In this document: positions 58,044 to 64,000 of the stretch, piece after piece
How positions within the stretch are numbered: position 1 is the first letter of the stretch
Layout of the letters: each line of letters starts with the position of its first letter
Assembly (NCBI GenBank): GCA_902625885.1
Contig: CACODE010000005.1
Location: forward strand, 12,570 to 76,569
Source of the DNA: an uncultured Candidatus Poseidoniales archaeon
GTDB taxonomy: Archaea; Thermoplasmatota; Poseidoniia; Poseidoniales; Poseidoniaceae
Direction of reading: 5' to 3'
Length of the DNA: 64,000 nt
The notes under the pieces: model-generated
Told to the model about the DNA's origin: nothing
Databases searched by the model: none
What the model saw: only the letters and a program-made list of their open reading frames with translations
Program-made: the position numbers and the translations under genes

Positions 58044-61000
58044 TCAATCAAGGTCAAGTTCGAGTTCAGCGTTGACTTCGCTGGTGCCATCCATCGCGTC
58101 GCCTTCCAATTTTTCCGCCGTCGGAGAGCCTTCAGTCGCTTCCTTTCCAGCCGACCTGAACGCATCCCACGAAGTGATTTCTTCAAACTCCACTTGCGCT
58201 CGTCTTCGCCGACCAACAACCAGTAAGGTGAGGCCAACAAGGGAAAGAATCCCCAAGGAAAACGCCCCTGCCACCAACCCGCGCATGTCATCAGGCGGGG
58301 CTTCAACCACCAAGTTTCGAGACATGAAGTCGATGCTGGCTTGGTCGCCCTCACCGTCCTTTGCAACAATTTTGAGCAGCGGTCTTCCGGTGGTTTCCGG
58401 TCGCCACTCAATGGCCCCCTCCCAAACACCGTCACCGTCGAGATCCGCAAGCGGTTGCTCCCATTGTTGAAGGCCGAGCGTGATGTTCACGCGAACATCG
58501 TCTGTGGTGCCGTCGGGGTCGCTGAGGAACACGCGAACCTCAAGCACGTTCACTTCGTTTTGCGTAAAGGTCTGGTCGCTCAGGACCAACGAACCCCTGT
58601 CCAGCTCCGGTAAACTGGACTGCAGGGTGATGTTGATGTGCTGCTCAACCGCATGCCCTCGCACGTCCTCCACGTAAAGTGACAGGTGATAACCTCCGGG
58701 CAAAAGCCCCTGAATTTCATCCCTTGACTTTGTTGACAAGATTTCAGGTTCGCTCAACTCTGGGGCCCAAAGACGCCACTCTCGAACAACGAGGTCGTTG
58801 TCGGCATCGTAGGACGCTTCTTCCAGAACGAGAACTTGGCCCGGCGGTATTGACTGGCGGTTGACGGGCGAGGTGAGAACGAGGACAGGCGCCGATTCCA
58901 CAACGGTCAACGCAAAGCCTTCGTCTCGTGTTGCACCCGTTTCATCCGTCATGGTGACGGTCAGTTGGTGTTCACCAGCGTTCAGCGTGAAGGCGTGCTG
59001 CTCGTTGGGGTCAACATCGACCAGCAACGGTTCGCTCGCTTCCGAAGACCGCAGCGTGATGGTGAATTCGTCGCCGTCGAAGTCCACGCTTTCGGAGGCA
59101 TCCAGCATAAAGACGGTCGAGGACGGATGCACGGTACCGGGTTGTGGACTGACCAAGCCGAGCACCGGTGCGGAAGGCGTGACCGTGATGGTTCGAGTGG
59201 TCGTTATGGGTTCGTGGATGCCATCGTCAACGCTCAGCGTGAGTTCGTGCTCTCCAGCGCTTAATCGGCGTTCAAACAGCAACCAATCTTCACCTTCGGG
59301 CGTCAATCGGCCGTCCAGATTGCTTGTCCACGTGACCACGAGGAACTCCGAACCGGTGGCCGGTTCAACCTCAGCACAGACCCATTCACCCTCCATGGGG
59401 AAAGTGGAGCAGGCGGCGTCGTAGTCGCCTGAACCGTTGGCCGAGAAGGAAATCAACTCGGAGCTGTCAAAGGTTTGGGCCGGCGGTGAAGCGATGACCG
59501 CCACGGGCTCAGCGTTGTCAACCGTCAGCAGGATGGAGGTGGTTTTGCTCTGGTTCGCGTGCTCGGCACGGTCGTCGGTGACCTCCATCGTGATGGTGTG
59601 AACGCCTCTGGAGAGATGGCCTTCCCAGACCAATTCCGAACCGACCTGAAGCACCCCGTCAAGCGATGAAGTGTACGTGATTGAGAGCGCATCGCCCTCC
59701 GGGTCCACGGTTGCACTTCCGTCGAGCGTCACGAGGGCTTCGCTCGCACCAGACGAACGGTTCACCGTAAACACCGGTTCAGGGATTTCGTTGTACAGCA
59801 TCACGGGAACCGAATACGTGGCGTTGTTGCCGATTTCATCCCAAGCGAGCACCGTGAGGGTAAACGACGCTGGTGGTTCGTCGTCAACGTGGTCGAAGGT
59901 GTAGGTCAACGTTTCAGGGCAACCCCAAGCACTGTCCGAACCGGGCTGCTCACGGTTGTAGCCACTAAACGTGATCATGCAAGAGAAATTGTCGCCCTCG
60001 GGGTCGTAGCTGCCCGTGGTGTTGATGGTCACGGTGCCCGTTTGCGGCATGACGAGTTCGCTCCACGGGTTCAAATTGGGTTCAAAATCAACCACGAGCA
60101 CCGGTGCGAAATTGACCAGTTCAATGGTTCGGGTTTCTCCTATGCAATGGGCAATGTCGCAGACCAGCAGGCTGATTTCGTGAACGCCGTCCGAGAGTTG
60201 GCAGTACGGCGGCACCTGCGTGAAGGGCTCGCCGTTGGCAAGGAACGGGGCCCCGGTTGCAGGATGGTCGTTGCCGTGAAAGACACCGGCACATCCCGCA
60301 ACAATGTCGCCGTCCAGTGAACTGCGCCACTTGAATTCCATGCTGTCGTTGTCAAGGTCCCATGTATCGCTGGCGTTGAAGAAGACCTCAGCGCCCGACG
60401 GGTAGACCGCACCGTCCACGGGCGACGTCCATCGAATGAACGGGGCCTGATTGCTAAGAGGGAGGCGGCAGTAAACCAAAAGGTCGCCGCCGAAAGTCGC
60501 CGTCGTGGAGTTTTCAACGCTGAAGTAACCGCAATCGACCTCGGCGGTGTTGAGGGCGCTGGCGCCCGAAGCGGTCCAACGCTGGCTGATGAAATCGGGC
60601 AGGAACAAGATCCCATCATAGTTGGTCGGTAGCGTGAGCGATGGCTCGAAGGACGTGAACGTGACATTTACGGAGGCCCCGGGAATGCCGTTGGAGTTGT
60701 TGTTGACGACCCATACCGTCAAGTCCCAAGCCACATCAAGCGTGGCGCCGCTTGCCAAGACCGCTGCGTTGGCAGAGACATTGACCGGTTGATGCAGATG
60801 GAGGTTGGACGTACCGTCCAGGTTGAGCACGGTTGGGCTGCCTGCTCCGGCACGATCGTCGATAAGCCCCGACCAATTCACCTGACTGTCCGTTAACGTG
60901 ATGCTGCCCGTGCAGGCCGATGAAATTCGGTTGCCGTGGCCGTTGAGCGAAGGGTGGCCCTCGAGCAACACGCATTGCGTTCCCGAAAGCACCGAGTTGT

Positions 61001-62858
61001 TGAGGAACGAGGGGAATTGGCCGTTGTTATCGCCCCGCCATTCCAGTCCGCTGTGGTTGCCGGCCATCGTCAGGCCGTTGACCTCCACCGCTGCTCGATG
61101 GAATTTCACCGCTGGCTGACCCGGGGTTTCTGCCACGACATGAGCGTTGGTGACCTGCACTCGGCCGCTCGCTCCGCCCGGCATGGTGTCGCCGTTGTCG
61201 ACTTCGAATGCGGGCATGGTCGGGTTGTTGTCCTCAAGGTGAATGCCCTCCAGCCAAAGGTCAACCGAATTGACGGCCAGGATACCTTGGCCCGCCGAGC
61301 CGCTGATGGTGCAGTTCCAGCATCGGACATCACCGGAGGCCGATTCAACGTTGTTGGATTCGAAGTAATACAGGCCGACTTGTTCTTCGGTCGTTGCGGT
61401 AGGTGAGCCACCGTTGTTCTCGGCGGTTAGGTTCCAAAAATCAATGCGCCTTGCGTCGAGCACGTGAGCTGCCGAATAGCCGTTGTCGGCTGCGTGCAAC
61501 CCGTCGATAACAACGGCGGCGCGGTCAACAACGATGCCCTGTTTGGTGTTGTTGTGCAGCACCCAGTCGCTTCCTTGCATGGCACCACCAGAGGTCGAGT
61601 GGACACCCGGTCCAACGGAACCAGAAACCTCGAGGCCCTCAAAGGTCGGCGCAAAGAACGCTGAGCGCACAGCAACGCCGGCCTCGTGCGGTCCTTGCCC
61701 GGGATCGCCAGAATTTCGAACGGTGAGGTTACGGAACGTCGTGGTGGAGTCCACAAAGTACAGGCGGACGCCCACGGTGGTCGAATCCTCGATGAGGGTG
61801 TCGTCAAACCACGCACCGGTGGCGTTGACCTCAAGGGCAGCGTAGCCGATGTTGGGTGTTTTCGCATTCGGTCCACCGGTGCCCGTGATGGTCAAGTTGG
61901 TGAAATCAGCGGTTTCGTAGTTGGTGTAGTTGGTGTGGTTGTTTTTGTCAACATACACCCCTCTGTACATCGAATCGCTGATGTGGGCGTGGCGAACGAC
62001 GGCGTGCGTGTAGCCACCGTCGTCGATGTGGCGAATCACGATGCCCGTGTCCGAGGAGGAAATCGAGATGTTGGTGAGCAAGGGTTGACTGTCCTCCACC
62101 CAGATGCCGGCCACCATGGCCCACGAAGACCCCGTGCAGTTGTCGATGGTGATGCCCTGAATCAGGCCACCAGAACCGCCCCAAATGTTGACCGCACGTG
62201 TCAGGATGTCGGAAAAAACGGCGCGCTTCACGATGGGGGTTGAGCCGGCGCCCACCGACAGACCGAGACCGTAGCGCCAGTCGGCTTGGAAGCCGAGGTC
62301 GCGCCCCGCTTGGTCTACGAACAAGTCGGTGATCCGCGGTGCAGCGGATGAAAAAAGGTCAACGGCAACGCGGTCAGGGTTGACCACGGTCAGGTTCTCC
62401 AGGACTGGATTTGAACCGTACACGGTGATTCCGTAAATGGCGTCCTCTATCGTGAGGTTTTGAACAAGCGAGCCACGGCCCGACGAGGACGCATTGAACT
62501 GAATGCCCTCGTGGTCGCCCAGTCCCGAGGCTTCGAGGACCACAGGGCAGGACTGTGTTCCAAGCACGGTCAAGCGACCGTCAACGACGATTCGCTCGTT
62601 GGCAGGAAGACGAATCACCGTGCAGGGTTGAACGATGACCTCATCGGCCACGCCGATGGTGTAGGTGCCGCTGAGGGTTTGCGTCCCGGACCAGGTGGTT
62701 TGGGCGCGACCCTGAGCGAACGCCGCCTCCTCGGTGAATTCGGGTATGTCTGTCTCTTCAGCCGGCGGAACGGCACCGGACATCACGGATAAAAGGAAAA
62801 GACCAACCAGAAGGAACGCATGTTTAACAGAGGATGCGCTCTTCATGCCTCCAAGCAT
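58044..62858 (-). CDS. giant (about 1600 aa) surface protein: signal peptide, right-handed parallel beta-helix (PbH1) region, multiple Ig/PKD-like domains, C-terminal TM and acidic tail
   Basis: Signal peptide MLGGMKSASSVKHAFLLVGLFLLSVMSG (starts at 62858 or 62846; the longest ORF starts at 62972). Periodic N-I/V-T/x-I/V beta-helix turns in the N-terminal about 700 aa. Repeated about 90-100-aa beta-sandwich units. TM LVAGAFSLGILSLVGLTLLVVG plus RRRR. Confidence 0.7.
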   Translation of the reverse strand: MLGGMKSASSVKHAFLLVGLFLLSVMSGAVPPAEETDIPEFTEEAAFAQGRAQTTWSGTQTLSGTYTIGVADEVIVQPCTVIRLPANERIVVDGRLTVLGTQSCPVVLEASGLGDHEGIQFNASSSGRGSLVQNLTIEDAIYGITVYGSNPVLENLTVVNPDRVAVDLFSSAAPRITDLFVDQAGRDLGFQADWRYGLGLSVGAGSTPIVKRAVFSDILTRAVNIWGGSGGLIQGITIDNCTGSSWAMVAGIWVEDSQPLLTNISISSSDTGIVIRHIDDGGYTHAVVRHAHISDSMYRGVYVDKNNHTNYTNYETADFTNLTITGTGGPNAKTPNIGYAALEVNATGAWFDDTLIEDSTTVGVRLYFVDSTTTFRNLTVRNSGDPGQGPHEAGVAVRSAFFAPTFEGLEVSGSVGPGVHSTSGGAMQGSDWVLHNNTKQGIVVDRAAVVIDGLHAADNGYSAAHVLDARRIDFWNLTAENNGGSPTATTEEQVGLYYFESNNVESASGDVRCWNCTISGSAGQGILAVNSVDLWLEGIHLEDNNPTMPAFEVDNGDTMPGGASGRVQVTNAHVVAETPGQPAVKFHRAAVEVNGLTMAGNHSGLEWRGDNNGQFPSFLNNSVLSGTQCVLLEGHPSLNGHGNRISSACTGSITLTDSQVNWSGLIDDRAGAGSPTVLNLDGTSNLHLHQPVNVSANAAVLASGATLDVAWDLTVWVVNNNSNGIPGASVNVTFTSFEPSLTLPTNYDGILFLPDFISQRWTASGASALNTAEVDCGYFSVENSTTATFGGDLLVYCRLPLSNQAPFIRWTSPVDGAVYPSGAEVFFNASDTWDLDNDSMEFKWRSSLDGDIVAGCAGVFHGNDHPATGAPFLANGEPFTQVPPYCQLSDGVHEISLLVCDIAHCIGETRTIELVNFAPVLVVDFEPNLNPWSELVMPQTGTVTINTTGSYDPEGDNFSCMITFSGYNREQPGSDSAWGCPETLTYTFDHVDDEPPASFTLTVLAWDEIGNNATYSVPVMLYNEIPEPVFTVNRSSGASEALVTLDGSATVDPEGDALSITYTSSLDGVLQVGSELVWEGHLSRGVHTITMEVTDDRAEHANQSKTTSILLTVDNAEPVAVIASPPAQTFDSSELISFSANGSGDYDAACSTFPMEGEWVCAEVEPATGSEFLVVTWTSNLDGRLTPEGEDWLLFERRLSAGEHELTLSVDDGIHEPITTTRTITVTPSAPVLGLVSPQPGTVHPSSTVFMLDASESVDFDGDEFTITLRSSEASEPLLVDVDPNEQHAFTLNAGEHQLTVTMTDETGATRDEGFALTVVESAPVLVLTSPVNRQSIPPGQVLVLEEASYDADNDLVVREWRLWAPELSEPEILSTKSRDEIQGLLPGGYHLSLYVEDVRGHAVEQHINITLQSSLPELDRGSLVLSDQTFTQNEVNVLEVRVFLSDPDGTTDDVRVNITLGLQQWEQPLADLDGDGVWEGAIEWRPETTGRPLLKIVAKDGEGDQASIDFMSRNLVVEAPPDDMRGLVAGAFSLGILSLVGLTLLVVGRRRRAQVEFEEITSWDAFRSAGKEATEGSPTAEKLEGDAMDGTSEVNAELELDLD

Positions 62859-62946
62859 GGCCTCGCCCTTATTGAAAGGTCCCCCCGGTTGTGAACAGTT
62901 CAATCGGGCAGGAATCAATAAGACCCGACTTGAAATCCAAGAAATC

Positions 62947-63180
62947 ATGCCCGAGGCGTTTGTGCTGTTCAAGACGGAGCCGACGCACGAGCGTGAGGTC
63001 TACTTGACGCTTAGCGAACACAGCGATGTCGCCGAAGTCCATGCGCTCTACGGTGAATTCGACCTTCTGGTGCGGATCACTTCCCCAACCTCAAAGGAAC
63101 TCTCGCACCTCCTGATGGAATCTTTTCGCAGAATTAAAGGTGTCAAAGAAACACAAACGCTCATTGCTGTGGAGGCCTGA
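62947..63180 (+). CDS. stand-alone Lrp/AsnC ligand-binding (RAM) domain protein, 77 aa
   Basis: beta-alpha-beta-beta-alpha-beta pattern: AFVLFKT...V...L..H..V.EVHALYGEFDLLVRI...L..L....RIKGVKETQTLIAV. Confidence 0.65.
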   Translation: MPEAFVLFKTEPTHEREVYLTLSEHSDVAEVHALYGEFDLLVRITSPTSKELSHLLMESFRRIKGVKETQTLIAVEA

Positions 63181-63183
63181 AAC

Positions 63184-63417
63184 ATGGCCATCGGTTTCGT
63201 GTTGATGACCACGCTTCCCGGACAGGAGGAAAAGGTTCGAGCAGCTCTGCGGAAAGTGGACTTGGTGACCGACCATTGGATGCTGTTCGGTGAGTACGAC
63301 CTCATCGCCCGTGTTCAAGCCGACGAAGAATTTGCCCTCACCCGTTGCATCGTGGAAGAAATTCGCCAACTCCCTGGCATCCGGGAAACAAAGACGCTGA
63401 TCGGCGCAGAGTTGTGA
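63184..63417 (+). CDS. stand-alone Lrp/AsnC ligand-binding (RAM) domain protein, 77 aa (tandem paralogue)
   Basis: Same length and pattern as the upstream gene (GFVLMTT...WMLFGEYDLIARV...LPGIRETKTLIGAEL), 3 nt downstream of it. Confidence 0.65.
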   Translation: MAIGFVLMTTLPGQEEKVRAALRKVDLVTDHWMLFGEYDLIARVQADEEFALTRCIVEEIRQLPGIRETKTLIGAEL

Positions 63418-63419
63418 AT

Positions 63420-64000
63420 CTAGAGCAATCGGTGAAGCAGGGCTGTCGCCGAGGCGGCGGCTGACGTGCAACCGGCCTGGCGAAAACATCTGGCGGCTTC
63501 GCGAAGCGAGGCCGTTGAGGACGAGGGGTCAAGGTGGCCCTTCAGATACCACCATCGTGCAGCGTACCGCCATTGCGGCGTCCCGCTGATGGACAGGGCA
63601 TCCGGTAGAGGCACGCCATCGAAGACAGCCTTAGCCGATGGCCCCTTTTGCAACGCCAAATGTTCGGCGTAGGTTAGGCCAACCACGCCTCGATGGAAGG
63701 CCGTGGTTTGCGCCGAAACCGTTTCCTCGTAGGCCGCCTTTTTGTCTTCTGGCGAACCGTGGCTGAACTTCAGCATCACCTTGAACCTTGATTGGAGAAC
63801 GAGCGGGTCGTTTTCATGGCTGATGGACGCAAGGCTTTCGCACAACGATTGCGCTTTCTCCTCATCAGACTCCAACAACGCAATCGCCAACTGGACAAGG
63901 CTGATGCTGACCGTAACTGAAGCCCTGACCGAGGCCGAATCGGGGAGGGTGATCCGGTTCAAAAGTCGTCGAACTTCATTGACATTGGCCTCGCTAACAC
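63420..64000 (-). CDS. hypothetical helical protein, probably 5'-truncated by the window edge
   Basis: The frame stays open upstream of the TTG at 63960-63962 to nt 64000. The stop is at 63420-63422. No family recognised. Confidence 0.45.
   Translation of the reverse strand, partial: VSEANVNEVRRLLNRITLPDSASVRASVTVSISLVQLAIALLESDEEKAQSLCESLASISHENDPLVLQSRFKVMLKFSHGSPEDKKAAYEETVSAQTTAFHRGVVGLTYAEHLALQKGPSAKAVFDGVPLPDALSISGTPQWRYAARWWYLKGHLDPSSSTASLREAARCFRQAGCTSAAASATALLHRLL

Overview
The window is a gene-dense (about 90% coding), roughly 55-58% GC chromosomal segment. By inference it comes from a marine planktonic euryarchaeon of the MGII/Poseidoniales type. Supporting this: two archaeal-style tRNAs (tRNA-Gln has an A1-U72 pair), TTTATATA-type TATA boxes about 25-30 nt upstream of start codons (leaderless mRNAs), oligo-T terminators, an archaeal NFACT/Rqc2 homologue, TrmB- and Lrp-type regulators, and giant Ca-binding surface proteins. 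I found no rRNA, CRISPR array, transposase or integrase. The content falls into five groups. (1) A nine-gene minus-strand unit (1.4-11.1 kb) joins a class-III binding-protein ABC importer to a flavodoxin and a HugZ-like haem-degrading protein. Two large secreted proteins lead it and a binding-protein-less PhnC/PhnE-like pair trails it. (2) Housekeeping genes, several of bacterial type: gpsA, thiolase, RNase PH, mogA, pyrC, and M32/M29 peptidases. (3) A surface-protein neighbourhood (30.4-43.6 kb) holds a 2106-aa integrin-like FG-GAP/TSP3 protein with a long cytoplasmic tail. Next to it are a cytoplasmic EF-hand/PQ-rich/zinc-ribbon protein and a tightly coupled TSP3 (838 aa) / 440-aa / DUF4105 operon. 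(4) A light and oxidative-stress neighbourhood: class II photolyase, Nudix, ribA, bcp, ubiB, crtI, crtB. (5) Glycan genes, a TPMT-family methyltransferase, a 1.6k-aa beta-helix adhesin, and two stand-alone Lrp ligand-domain proteins. All family calls come from motif recognition by eye; no searches were run.
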